DNA of 64,000 nt, from contig NC_043000.1 in NCBI RefSeq assembly GCF_006345805.1, positions 90,210,001 to 90,274,000 on the forward strand, written 5' to 3'. Shown one piece after another: positions 14,241 through 27,491 of the stretch (position 1 is its first letter; every line of letters begins with the position of its first letter). Both the position numbers and the translations under genes were made by a program. The notes under the pieces were generated by a model that had not been told where the DNA came from, did not search any database, and saw only the letters and a list, made by a program, of their open reading frames with translations. The stretch is from Octopus sinensis (lineage: Eukaryota).

Positions 14241-15215
14241 TACCTCTGCCTCAACTTTTTACATAGCTCTCTCACAGCTTGTTTCTGGGGAAGATTGTTC
14301 ATCCTGCTTATAACCTTGATCCAGTTTCTACCATCTGGAAGTCTGGCTTGGACCATAACACAAGAACATTTACAAAAATTTGGGTTCAATGACTCATACT
14401 GCTGACCAGTGTAGACTAAATAATAACAATAATTACAATTTCTATATTTTTGCCACAAGAGTGACTGAGGAAGAATCATTACAAGGACAGAGTATATTAT
14501 ACATTAACAGTTAATACATCACAATACAACATAATACATAATTCAATAATACATAATACATATTACAACATAAAACTATAATATATAATACATACATATT
14601 ATAACATAATGAAAGAAGCAGAAGAACACCAATTGAAGGAAACTCTGAAGAGTACTGGTACAAACCAAAATTCCTGGGAAATGAACAGCCAAGCAATGCA
14701 CTGTTTGGTGTAAGCAGGAATATCCCATTTTGGAGAGAACAGAATATCATAATGAAACGACATCATAGGAAAGATAGAGCAACTCAATGCCAACCAACAC
14801 CTAGAGCCCAATGCGATTCTTGCAATAGGCTGTTTAGAGCAAGAACTGAGGCTATTAGCAATTAGAAAGCCCATCATGTGCTGCAGCACAAATGAGCCAC
14901 CCATACACACTTTGGACTGAAATGTACTAAGTGCTTGAAAATAAGTCCTTGCTGATGGCTATGACATAATACAACTTAATATAAAATATATACATGATAC
15001 AACATAATACATACATATTACAGCATAATGCAAAAATAATGATGGTGCTTACGCCAATAAGAACTGTTTTTAATTTCATCACAAGGCTAGTAGTAGCTAT
15101 TTTTTAGAAGACCCCAGTACTTGACTGATACTTTATTTTGTCAAGTACTGGAATATTCAAATACTGGAATAAAAACAATATTAATAAGAGCAAAACAATA
15201 ACAAGTATCACAAAC

Positions 15216-15296
15216 CTGGCCAGATCCAGATATGGCAGCAACTTTTGAAAAGTCTAAATTATCTGCCTTCAGTTTGTCTAGAAGAAGGTCCAATGC
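15216..15296 (-). CDS. XYLB: Xylulose kinase exon 4 (ALDLLLDKLKADNLDFSKVAAISGSGQ), 81 nt
   Basis: TTATTAG acceptor and CAG|GTTTGT donor. Matches [27 protein letters not shown]. Confidence 0.95.
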
Positions 15297-16187
15297 CTAA
15301 TAAGGATACAAAGCAGAAATATACAGCTAAATATGATTGGTTTTTCTTTTTCCTGATGAGATAAGATATTATTTAATATATTTAATAAAGAGAAGATTAA
15401 AATTGATAGAATAGACCTTAGTATGTTCAATTCTAGCAAAATGGGTAAAAAGTAAAGCTGATTACAGTCAGTATTGAAATTAGTGCTCAGAAAGAAGAAC
15501 ATGAATGTTGTTGTATATTTATTCCGGTATTTTCCTGCATCAATTATTTGCCACTTTTAAATATATAAAATGATACCATTGTATTAAAAGTCAGTGTAGT
15601 TTATAAATATATATACATAACTGTGTAAAAAAGTGCTGATCTCTAACTGTGGAGGGAACCTGTGGAAGAGGTAGACCAAAGAAGACATGGGACAAGGTGG
15701 TGAAGCATGGTCTTCCAATGGTGGTGGTGGTGGTGATATATTTTCATTAATATTTAGCAGAAACAACAGAATCACTCAAGATTTTTATGCATTGACAGTT
15801 ACCATACTAGTTACAGATCAAAGAGTCGTGGATTTATAGAAATGGTGATATTAATATTTCCCTGGATTGTTCTAGAATAAATTTTAAAAACAATTACAAT
15901 GTCAGATGTTCCAGTTTGATCAAACATAAACTATGGCAGAACATGATAGTTAAGCAGTAATGATAAATAATAAAGGTGATCTATATGCTCACTACTTCTG
16001 TCCAAATGCTTTATATAGCTCCCTCTCAGCTTGTTTCTAGGGAAGACTAGCCATCGTGCTCATAACCATGACCCAGTTTCTATCCATCTAGCTTCTGCTA
16101 AATATTAATAAAAACATACATACACCTGTATTTTGAGTTCTATTTTTCCTGTTTGCATCACCATACCTGTATATGCATGTGTATACG

Positions 16188-16252
<65 letters not shown>

Positions 16253-16254
16253 TC

Positions 16255-16548
16255 CTTCTCGAGTCACACCTGGCTCATAGGGCCGGTTTCCCGGTTTCCT
16301 TGGCGTATAGGTTCCCCACCTGGACAGGACGCCGGTCCGTTGCAGGTGAGCTGTAAGATGCAGGAGGAAAGAGTAAGAGAAAGTTGTGGCAAAAGAATCA
16401 GCAGAAGTTCACCATTACCTTCTGCTGGAGCCGCGTGGAGCTTAGGTTTTTCACTCGTAAACACACATATCGCCCGGTCTGAGATTCAAACCCACGATCC
16501 CTTGACCACAAGTCCACTGTTCTAACCATTAGGCCATGTGCCTCCACA
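16255..16548 (-). mobile_element. tRNA-derived SINE (second family)
   Basis: Minus-strand head GTGGAGGCACATGGCCTAATGGTTAG...GGGTTTGAATC with A/B-box-like motifs. Confidence 0.65.
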
Positions 16549-16912
16549 TATATATATTACCAGTAACACTGAGGAAGAGGGCTAGATGCATTTTTTGCAT
16601 AACTGGGCATTAAGCTCATGTAATTGATGTTTTGCACATCTTCTGAAACACACGCACTATGTGTGTGTATATGTGTGTGTGTGTGTGTGGGGGGGGGGTG
16701 CGCGTGCACGCACATACATGTGTGTGTAGTGATAAACTAGATTATTTCCTCATACCTAAATGCTTCATGCAGTTGACATTAATCAATTGTATTTGTCAGA
16801 CTCTAAAAACGTCTAACATAGATGTCTCATGAACACTTTGCATCTTACCACAAAAACACAAATAGGAAATTAGAATGACAAAGGAATAAAAAATTATGTC
16901 ATGAACTTCATT

Positions 16913-16993
16913 AGCTTACAGCTGTTTCTGCTATAAGATGGAATGCACTCATAGTTGAATGCTTGAGTATCACCCTATAGCTTCATCAGAGCT
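16913..16993 (-). ncRNA. Minimal type-I hammerhead-like motif in XYLB intron 3, sense strand
   Basis: AGCT-CTGATGA-A-GCTATA...TATAGC-A-GAAA-CAGCTG-TA-AGCT, with palindromic stem III and an A/A apposition closing stem II. Confidence 0.6.
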
Positions 16994-17125
16994 TCAACTA
17001 TAAAGTGCAATTTGCACAAATTGCACTTAATCTTTGAAGCTCTTGCTGTAAAGTATTACATGGTTATTCACATTTTAGAAAAGAAAGTGGGAGGTGATCA
17101 GGGTCAAATGTTTGTTTATAATTAC

Positions 17126-17195
17126 CTGGATCCACATTAAAGTGGGTGCTGTCACAGTAACCCCATCTGAGTGGGAATGCACACCACCAGTTGTC
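17126..17195 (-). CDS. XYLB: Xylulose kinase exon 3 (TTGGVHSHSDGVTVTAPTLMWIQ), 70 nt
   Basis: TTACAG acceptor and GTAATT donor. Matches XYLB [23 protein letters not shown]. Confidence 0.95.
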
Positions 17196-18089
17196 CTGTA
17201 ATGAAAATTGTATAAGAATTACTGAGAGTGCCACAAAATATATTTATTCCATGTAAGTACTGTAATATAGCAGTTAGGATTCATAGAAACAGATGCAGAA
17301 TTTGGAATAACATAGCAGTTAGTGTCATAAACATAGGAGGAGAGTTAAGGGTGACTTATCTCACTTGTCCACGACTCTGAGGTGTTTTACACTCAGTGCT
17401 TAGAGAGTGTATACACTCTGACATGCTATTGCAGCCACCAGAAAATACACAAAGCATATACATTAAGTATATGTAGCTAATAATATCTATTATACTAGAA
17501 CTGTTTTTATTTTAAATGTAAACAGAAATTAGAGTTCCTAGTCACAGAGAGTTAAGGATAACATAGAAGTTAGGGCTTGCAGACATCATAGAGTTATGGG
17601 TAAGGTGAGAGTTAAGGTTCAAAGAAAACAGATTATTTCCAAAGATCTGCTGTTTTATTTCTCCAAACTAAAAACCAAGTTTAAAGAATAAGCATCTCTA
17701 AGGCAGCGAAAAGAAACCAATGAACCATGGACAATGAATAAAAAAGATCTAGAATGATTGATAATGATGATGAGGAGGAGGGGGAGGGGGAAGGATGGTG
17801 ATGGTGGTGGTGGTGGTGATGATGATGATGATGAAGAGGAGGGGGAAGGAGGGTGATGGTTTTTTTAAAGTTTAGTACTTATTCTATCATTCTCATTTGC
17901 CAAACCACTATGTCAAGGGGATATAAGCAAACCAACACCAGTTGCCAAGCAGTGGGAGAGACAAACACAAACATAGACATATATTCATACACACACACAC
18001 ACACAAATACACACAAATACACACACGTACATACACGCATATATGACAGCCTTCTGTCTACCAAATTTCACTGACAAGACATTGGTCCT

Positions 18090-19085
18090 TCACCTTGCAT
18101 CCGTTTCCATCAGCAAGAGACCTAATTGTGGCATCGTTGCCACGCTGGGTATCTATCGTATGGGCCCATCTGGCAATATTAATTCCCTCACGGCCCAATG
18201 CTCGCACTTTAGCCCAAACTCTACACCCCTCATGTTTGGTTTTGAGGTGACGGTCTAATGCCGTTCTCACCGCCAAAACGTGAGATGCAGAGCCCAACCT
18301 CAACGCCTCCTCTAAGTTCTTAGCTAATTGCCCTTCTATTCTAGCCCTGTCTAATCTTAGTTGCTTACTAAACCTAATGGACTCGAATCGAATGGCTCTT
18401 TTGAGGGCGAACCACCACCGGTTATTAACCACGGCTCTGGTTAACGCCCTCTGCACTAACTCCTTAATCTGACTACGGTATGCCTCACAAGTCAAAATAG
18501 ACTTGTTCAGCTTCCAGTAGCCGGGTCCTATCTTTAGTGTGCTACCTATGTCCAGTCTACACTTGACCATTCTATGGTCAGTATAGGGCACCTGGACAAG
18601 CTGTGAACAACTAAAACTAGACTTATCTCTAGTTCTTATCACTATCCTGTCTAGATAAGACTTGAACCTTCTGTTGCCACTCATCCAGGTCCACTCTGGG
18701 ACATTTGGATGGTCAAGTCTGTAACGTTCTGCCAGCTGAAACTGCTTAAGCAGATCCACGAGATGTGAGTTCACTTTCCTATGGATCGAGCCAACACTAT
18801 CGATGTGTACCTCAACGATAGCATTTAAAGTCCCCTAATACTACTAAAGTCTTCGATGTCACGAGAAAGTTCTCTAGGCACCGATAAAAATCAGTTTGGA
18901 AACCTCTAGCACAAGGTGCATAGAGTCCGATCAACCTGAAGGCCTTACTGCTGTATGTCACATCAAGGACGACCAGCCCACCTTCAGGGTCCACATAGAC
19001 TGTACTTGTCTGCAGAGCCAAGCCTTTACGGATCAGTACCACTACACCCCCTCGCCCTCCGGTCTGACCAGGAGACATGATTTTC
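18090..19085 (-). mobile_element. L1/Tx1-clade LINE ORF2 fragment (APE endonuclease region), frameshifted
   Basis: GGRGGVVVLIR, LIGLYAP and VLGDF motifs (18812..19108), then EWTW...SYLDRI...YTDH...GPGYWKLN (18058..18774). Confidence 0.85.
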
Positions 19086-19438
19086 TCGTAGCCATACCAC
19101 ACAGCCACTCCTGCACCTATGCTATATATAATAACTGTTAGTTATTATGTAAAAACATTGGTGAGAGAGAGAAGGAAAGAGAGAGAGATTCTTTATTATC
19201 AAAATACTCATCTGATGGTGGGTGGGGTGAATAAACATTTTAATTTTTTTGATAGGATAGCAGGGTGAATTGGGTATGTTAAATGATGACAATGATGATG
19301 AGAAGGAGGATGGTGGTGGCGGCGGTGGCGGCAGCGGTGGTGGTGGTAGTGATGGTGATGGTTGTGATGATGAAAATAAGGGGTTGGAGGAGGTGGACGG
19401 TGGTGATGATGATGATGTCATCATTGTAAATTACTTAC

Positions 19439-19521
19439 TTAAAATCAGGCAAGTCTTCATCAAATCGCACTGCATTTTCCTTGAGAATCACCAAATCTTC
19501 ATTAATGGCAATGACCTTCAG
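19439..19521 (-). CDS. XYLB: Xylulose kinase exon 2 (LKVIAINEDLVILKENAVRFDEDLPDF-K), 83 nt
   Basis: TTCCAG acceptor and GTAAGT donor. Similar to XYLB VKVVAVDAELNV...FDRDLPEFG. Phase 0/2 joins exons 1 and 3 in frame. Confidence 0.93.
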
Positions 19522-19541
19522 CTGGAATGATATTATTATTA

Positions 19542-19576
<35 letters not shown>

Positions 19577-20119
19577 GAGTGAGAGAGCAGCACATGCCAT
19601 CAAATTGACACTCAGGTGCAAATATAAGAAGCCTAATATACTCAGCATGACCACCCATCTGATAAGAGTACACCAGGCACATGCATCACAACCATATGTG
19701 CATGACATGGTGATCTCATATCTAGATAGTCTGCATATGACCTTGCAGGTGTAGCCCAATGATAATTTTCTTCAAGTACAGTAGCCCATCCCACTCAAAA
19801 GTTCCCTAAATAAAGTTTATTTAAGGATGATAAATGAAACATGTATGTTTCGAGAGGTTTGAATAATTCATTATTCAAACCTTGAAGAATTCCTCTCAAC
19901 ACACAGCTATGATGCTCCCCCATAACTTCTGCTTATCATCATAGATGCACATATCATCAGCCACTAAGGGACATTGTCAACTGGTTAAGGTCAAGCAAAT
20001 CGGTGGTAATGAGCAGAATATTTACTGCAGCCCATCTTTCATACCAAGGCAAAACATGTACATGATAACACTTCCAATCAGTTAAGATCAAAAACTATGA
20101 GAATCACTGCCTGGTACTG

Positions 20120-20612
20120 CATCAAGGCATTCCGGGAGGGCAAGGCAATTTTCTTTTGTCTAGTGGCTGTAGCGAAAGAGTGGTATGGTGGACCCGTTTG
20201 AAAGGGCTAACGTCAGACACTTTCCTCTTTGGCCAAGGCCTCATCAACTTTTTCAAGTTCCACTTGAAAAGGAAGATGAGAGAAGAGAGGGAAGTGCTGT
20301 CTCGTAGCAAATTTATTAAAAGGTGGGTGAATGTCGGAAAAATGGCCAGTATGAACCGACCAATTCTGAGATTACACCTGTAAAAACAAAGATAATATAA
20401 AAGGAGAAGGGGCTCTCCACCCTTTTATGGGTTTTTCCACGAGTAACCTTTTGAAGCACCTCCCCCTATTGGGAGTTTTATTTGTTATATTTTTCATTGT
20501 TATTTGAATGTTTACACGGACCTTTCTTTTTCACAAAACCCTTTGTACTTTTCGTCCTGTGTTTGTCCTTACATGTTTTTTGATGTATGTTAGCCTTTCT
20601 GGCCAATAAACT
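20120..20612 (+). mobile_element. 3' end of an L1/Tx1-like LINE
   Basis: ORF end ...FFKFHLKRKMREERE...FIKRW followed by a UTR and AATAAA near 20605. Confidence 0.6.
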
Positions 20613-21289
20613 AGAATTATTATTATTATTATTATTATTATTATCATTATCATCATTATGGCTGCCATATTGTGAAGTCATGGAAATTTGGTGCTCCATA
20701 AGCTGAAAAAGTATTTGTAATCTTTTTGGCCTTCTAAGGCCCCATATTTTCATTTTTATTGTTACTATTTCATTTTTATTATTGCAGGGGTTGCACATCA
20801 ATAATTTTTGAACGGCAAAAGCAAATATTTTACAATTTTCCGTAATTATTTAAAAATGGCTGATAAATAAACCATCTTAATGTTCAACAAAGGAACATGC
20901 CCCTTGGAAAAAATTGAGAATGAGGATAAAATTGAGAATAAGAACATCACAATAGCCTAAACTTAATGACATCACTGAGGTGAATAATGTTTGTATTGGT
21001 GCTTCTGGTGTGAATGCCAAGCAGTACAGCATGTCATTACCAAATTTCTGACAGAGCGAATTGCATCATGGTGCTGTTTTTTTCAAAAAAGGTACCTTAC
21101 TGGCCCTACTATACTGTGCAGCTGACAAAATCAAAAACAATGTGCATGTGCACATGCACAGAGCAGGGATAGAGAATATGTGTAGACGGTGAGGTGAATA
21201 AACTCTCATCTAAATTATTTAAAAATGAAGATAACACTGACATTTCATTTTAACAGATATTTTCTTTTATTCTTTTATTTTTTTTTTAC

Positions 21290-22790
21290 AAGGGAAAAGG
21301 TGATGCTTTAGATACAAATAATTACAGAGGTATCAAGTTGTTGGATCAGGTAATGAAGGTCACGGAGAGGGTCATGGTCCAACTAATTAGGGAGAGAGTC
21401 AGTTTGGGTTCATGCCAGGGAAAAGCACCACTGATGCTATATTTCTGGTAAGACAGCTGCAGGAGAAATACCTAGCCAAAGATAAACCTCTGTACCTGGC
21501 TTTCATTGACATGGAGAAAGCCTTTGACAGGGTCCCCCAATCCCTTATCTGGTGGTCAATGAAGAAACCAGTGATAGATGAATGGTTAGTGAGAGCTGTG
21601 CAAGCCATGTACAGGGACGCTGTCAGTAAGGTGAAGGTTGGCAATGAGAACAGTGAAGAATTCCGGGTGGAGGTAGGGGTCCACCAAGGTTCAGTCCTCA
21701 GCCCCCTCCTATTGTCCTCCAGACAATAACAGAGAAATTCAAGACAGGATGCCCCTGGGAGCTCCTCTATGCTCTATGATCTTGCTCTAATTGCTGGGTC
21801 ACTATCAGAACTAGACGAGAAGTTTCAAGTGTGGAAACAAGGATTAGAATCGGAGGGCCTTAGAGTCAACCTAGCTGAAACCAAAGTCCTAATAAGTAGG
21901 AAGGCAGGCAAACCACAAATCCCTTCAGGTTGATGGCCCTGCTCAATCTGTAGAAAAGGCATATGTAGAAACTCTATAAGATGTACCCAGTGTAAGCTAT
22001 GGACCCATAAGAGGTGCAGCAATATCAAAGGAAGGCTAACTGGGAAGATAGTTTTTGTATGTGACAGATGCTCAGGAGCAATAAACACTGAAAATGTGCA
22101 GAGAACAACTTCCACCACATTCCAAGGAGAAAAACTAGAAGTAGTTGATAGCTTCCATTACCTAGGTGACTAAGTCAGTAGTGGGGGAGGGTGTGCTGAA
22201 AGTGTAGCTGCTAGATTAAGAATAGCCTGGGCAAAGTTCAGAGAGCTCTTACTTCTGCTGGTGACAAAGGGCCTCTCGCTCAGAGTAAAAGGTAGACTGT
22301 ATGGTGCACGTGTACAAACAGCCATGCTGCATGGCAGTGAAACATGGGCTGTGACTGATGAGGACATGCATAAGCTCACAAGGAATGAAGCCAGTATGCT
22401 CCGATGGATGTGTAATGTCAGTGTGCATACTCGACAGAGTGTTAGTACCTTGAGAGAAAAGTTGGGCCTAAGAAGCATCAGATGTGGTGTGCAAGAGAGA
22501 TGACTGCACTTATATGGCCATGTGGTGAGAATAGATGTGGATAGCTGTGTGAAAAAGTGCCACACCCTAGCGGTTAAGAGAACCTGTGGAAGAGGTAGAC
22601 CCAGGAAGACTTGGAATGAGGTGGTAAAGCATGACCTTCGAACATTTGGCCTTTGGAAATATGCTGTGCTTGTGAAGACTCGGAAAGCCCAAGTGAGACC
22701 CCATCTGCTTCGCCAGACCTCAGTCAAATCGTCCAACCCATACTAGCATGGAAAGCAGACATTAAATGATGATGATGATGATGATGAAAT
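21290..22790 (+). mobile_element. 5'-truncated, decayed RTE-clade LINE (reverse transcriptase)
   Basis: GKSTTDAIFLVRQLQEK, AFIDMEKAFDRVP, GVHQGSVLSPLL, MLHGSETWA and GRGRPRKTW, with stops and frameshifts and a (GAT)n tail. Smaller fragments lie near 8860-9010, 15650-15720 and 38050-38200. Confidence 0.9.
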
Positions 22791-23139
22791 CGACCCCAGC
22801 GGACATTAAATGATGATGATGATGATGATGAAATCGACCCCAGGACTTATTCATGGTAAGCCTAGTACTTATTATATCAGTCTCTTTTGCAGAACCACTA
22901 AATTATAGGGACATAAACACACCAGCATTAGTTGTCAAGCGATGGTGGGAGGACAAATACAGACACACAAATACACACACGATGGACTTCTTTCAGTCTC
23001 TGTCTACCAAATCCACTCACAAGGCTTTGGTCGACCCGAAGCTTTAGCAGAAGGTAGTTGCCATGCAGTGGGACTGAACCTGGAACTATGTGGTTGGGAA
23101 GTAAGCTTCTTATCACACAGCCACTCCTGCACCTATGAT

Positions 23140-23930
23140 ATATTTACCAAAATTACATAAAAATATCTTGAAATACTAAAGAGTAAATTTATTCAATAAA
23201 ATTGCCAATGACTTCAACCACGGTCTCGAGATAACTCGAGATAACTCTTCTGGATGGTCTCCTTGTTTAAGTAGGTGAATGCTACCATAATCCTTACCTT
23301 CAGTTTATCTTTGGAGTTACAAAGAGTTTTGTTGGCCTCTCACTCAACTGTGCCCCACGCATAATAAAGAGAGTTGCAGTCTAGAGAGTTAGGTGGCCAG
23401 ATGTTAGGTGGCCAGATGTTAGGGGTGATGTGGTCACAGAAATTGTCTGACAGCCAAGACTGGGTTTTCCAGCTTGTGTACCATCATGCAAAGTTCTGTT
23501 GCCAGACATAGGGTCTTCTAGCAGACACCCAGGGTAGCACTATCTTCTCCAGGCACTTGATGTAGACCTCTGTGTTGAGTCTGAGGCCATGTGGGAAGAT
23601 GAATGGAGGCATAACATCACCATCACTAGTGATCATTCCAAACACTATGATATTGACTGGATGTTTGAGTTTTATCACTCTTGGTACATGTCTTCAGATT
23701 GACACTCAAACATTCTGAAATGTTTGTATTGGTGCTTCTGGTGTGAATGCCAAGCAGTACAGCATGTCATTTCAAAATTTCTGGCAGAGCAAATTGCATC
23801 ATGGTGCTATTTTTCTCATAGATGGTGCCTTACTGATCCTACTATACTGTGCAGTGGACAAAATCAAAAACAATGTGCATGTGCAAAATTAAAAATATAA
23901 AATGGCAACAATTTACCCATCATACCCTGT
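23140..23930 (-). mobile_element. Tc1-like (IS630-Tc1-mariner) transposon remnant
   Basis: KHPVNIIVFGMITSDGDVMPPFIF...YIKCLE...PYVWQQ, with a terminal CACCCTGTA. Its 5' region is repeated at about 20985-21160. Confidence 0.8.
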
Positions 23931-23934
23931 ATAT

Positions 23935-23971
<37 letters not shown>

Positions 23972-23974
<3 letters not shown>

Positions 23975-24615
23975 TAGACTACCCATGACCCATTGGGTTA
24001 TCAATATTTCAAGTTACCCCGCCAAAAAAAAACATGTATCTCAGGAACCCGTGGTTCAATTTATGCAAAACTTATTCTATTCTGTTTGTATTCACATTTC
24101 AATGCTACCTTACTTTCAAAATACTTTCTCATTATACACTGGTTAGCTGTATCAAATTACAGGTAAGCCGGCACGCAAACAAGCCTATAAGCAGACAATC
24201 ATAAAGGTACCCAAAAAAACCCCACATATCTTGGGAACCCATGGTCTAATTTATGTGAAACTTGTCTTATTCCATTTGTATTCCCATTTCAGGGACACCA
24301 TACTTCCAGAGTATTTACCCATTATGCTCCAACTTGGCTGTATTAAATCACAGGCAAGCATGCATGCAAGCAAGTCTGCAAACAAAACTACCCAGGTGTT
24401 CACAGTAAAAGACAATAACTCTAGGATTCACTGCATATCTTGGGAATCCGTGGTCTGATTTACACGAAACTTGTTTTATTCTTTTTGTATTCACATTTCA
24501 AGTGTACCTTACTTTCAGAGTATTTTCTCACAATGCACCAGTTTGGCTGTATGAAATTACAGATAAGCACACAAACAAGCAAACACAGACTTTTAGTATT
24601 ATATGAATATATATG
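23972..24615. mobile_element. Helitron/Helentron-like non-autonomous element with three diverged units of about 200 bp
   Basis: Starts TACTAGAC...; units beginning catatct...ggaa(c/t)cc occur near 24033, 24224 and 24434; ends gacttttagtatt. The family assignment is inferred. Confidence 0.5.
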
Positions 24616-26148
24616 TAGTTTTTTTTTGTACTGATTGATATATGACAATTTGTGTGTTGAATAAAGCCTGTTCACTCTTTGGGCTACCTAGTATCATCCA
24701 TGGTTGGGGTATATTTCTGCTGGATCTACATCAGGAATTCTGCAGTTTTAGTTGAGATAATAATAATTGATGAAGGAAATAGAAGCTAGTGCTAAATCTA
24801 TCTTCCATTTCCTTCATCAACTATTATTTCCTCCACCTTTGCTAAGGTGGAGGTATTGTTTTCAATCATGTTTGTTTGTCCATGGACAAGATATCACAAG
24901 AACCACTGGATGGATTCTGATGATGCTTTCAGTGATGTTTTGCCTTGTGACTGGTATGAACTGATTAGATTTTGGGACCAATCCAGTACCGAACAAGAAT
25001 TCTGGATTGTTTTTCATATTTTCTTTACATGTATATGCAAAATTTCACATAGTTCTCTCGTACATGCACACACATACACACATATATTCACACATTTTCA
25101 GTGTTGAACAAGACCATCTCATTTCCATTGTGCACACACATATGCATGCAAACATACCTCTCTTTTACACACACATATACTCACACTTCAAATGCTGTTT
25201 ATTTGCTTTTTTACTCCTTCCTTCATTATTCATCTATCATCCCTTCCTTTCTCATTCATACAATGCTCTCTTTGCCATTTATCTCCTCTACCTTTACCTC
25301 TCACTCCAGCTCTATTTTACACACAAATATATATGTGTGTATATATATAATATATATACACACACAATAAATAAAAAGACAACACTCATTAATATATTAG
25401 GAGTTTATACATACATTTTAACACTTTACAGTGTACTTTCATATATAGATAATTCTATACATCAATCAAAAACAACAGGATTACTAAAGGAAGAATGGAA
25501 TTTAAGAGAAGAGAAAACCACAATGTCTCATGATATTCATTGAAGGATTTTATTTCAGATATTTTCATTTTAAAAATCGTCTCCAGTTAATCGTTGAGAG
25601 GACGTTGGTGTTGCATTGGCAGAGGTTTGCATTCTTTGAGTGCTCTTGTTATTATTGCTGCTACATTCTGAGTTCAAATTCCGCCAAGGTCGACTTTGCT
25701 TTTCATCCTTTCATGGTCGATAAAAATAAGTACCAGTTGAAAACTGGCATCAATGCAACCGACTCATCCCCTCCCCACAAATTGCTGCCCTTGGGGCAAA
25801 ATTTGAAACTGTTATTATTATTATTATTAGTATACATATACACAATCACACATGCATGTGGTTTAGATACATACATACAGTGACAAACACTTTGGTGAAA
25901 GTTAGGTGGGGGAAAGGGCAAAACGTTTGTATGGTCATTATGACTGTTTCAGAGATAAGAGAGGAATTATAGAGCAATGGCCTATGCATTGGTCAGTTAA
26001 GTACATGAGTGTGTTTATGCATTTGTGTCTATAGGTAAGCGTCCTTGTGTGTCACTTTGTACAGACAGAAAAGAGGTTAATGACCACTGCAGCTGTTGTT
26101 TACATTTTTATACCCAAAATAATCAGAGGAGATAATAAGGAATTCAGG

Positions 26149-26179
<31 letters not shown>

Positions 26180-26297
26180 GGCATAGATCAGTGGCTCCCA
26201 ACCTAGGGTCTGCAAAGGTAGTACTGGGGGTCTGTGAACTAAATTTAAAATCCAGCATGACCGCGGCCTTCGGGCTAAAACATTTTTAAGGATTTAA

Positions 26298-26334
<37 letters not shown>

Positions 26335-26352
26335 TATGTATATATATATATC

Positions 26353-27191
26353 ACATACTGAATTTAGAAATAGGAGTTAAAATTCCTTTTCTGCTACTAT
26401 AAGAATTTCCATGACGGTAACTTACTTTCTTACGAAGTCAAAGAGAAAAGCAATGAATCAACATGACCAGGATTAACTATATACGCGTTTCGAGATTAAA
26501 GTGATTTAAATTTTACTTACTTCTCTCTTCAGTATAGTATTTCCAATTATAAAATTTAAAAGTGCTAGGGCTGAATATGCACACAATCGAGCGACATCAT
26601 GTAACAGATGTCCAACCAACAATTCCAAAATTTACAGAGCCAAATGTGAATACACTATTCAAACTCAATACTCACGTGTGTGCTACAAGCAATACCGCAG
26701 AAAACTGCAGTATTCTATCATGGAGTAAATAATAATTTTGAATTAATAATAAAAGGGTAAAAATTTATTAATTCAATTAATTAATTAATTAATCAATAAT
26801 TTTACCAAGTAGATCAGTACCTTAAAATAACCTTTATAGGTAAAATTATCCACATAATACTATACTGAAGAGAGAAGTAAGTAAAATTCAAATCACTTTA
26901 ATCTCGAAACGCGTATATAGTTAATCCCGGTCATGTTGATTCATTGTTTTTCTCTTTGACTTCGTAAGAAAGTATGTTACCGTCATGGAAATTCTTATAG
27001 TAGCAGAAAAGGAATTTTAACCCTATTTCTAAATTCGGTATGTAGTGAAGCAATTAGCTGAACCCTAATTATAAATTTGTGGATAATTTTACCTATAAAG
27101 GTTATTATAATGTAACGATATACTTGGTAAAATTATTGATTGATTAATTAATTAATTAATTCAATTAATAAATTTTACCCTTTTATTATTA

Positions 27192-27194
<3 letters not shown>
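26353..27194. repeat. Interleaved long inverted repeats A(26353-26541)/A'(26856-27043) and B(26741-26854)/B'(27078-27194)
   Basis: Direct reverse-complement comparison shows high identity in both pairs. Confidence 0.9.
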
Positions 27195-27226
<32 letters not shown>

Positions 27227-27458
27227 AGGATAAGCATATTAAAAGCAGTCTGTGAGAAAACTCATTTAAATAAAAGGGTCGGGAACTACTGTGAAAAGGA
27301 TAGGAACCACTGGCATAGATGTTATACACATACACTAACATATATATATACATACATACTCACACACGCATATATATACACACACTCACATATACATACA
27401 AATTATGCATATTTATACACACATTTATGTATAAACATAGATATATACACATACAAAT

Positions 27459-27491
<33 letters not shown>

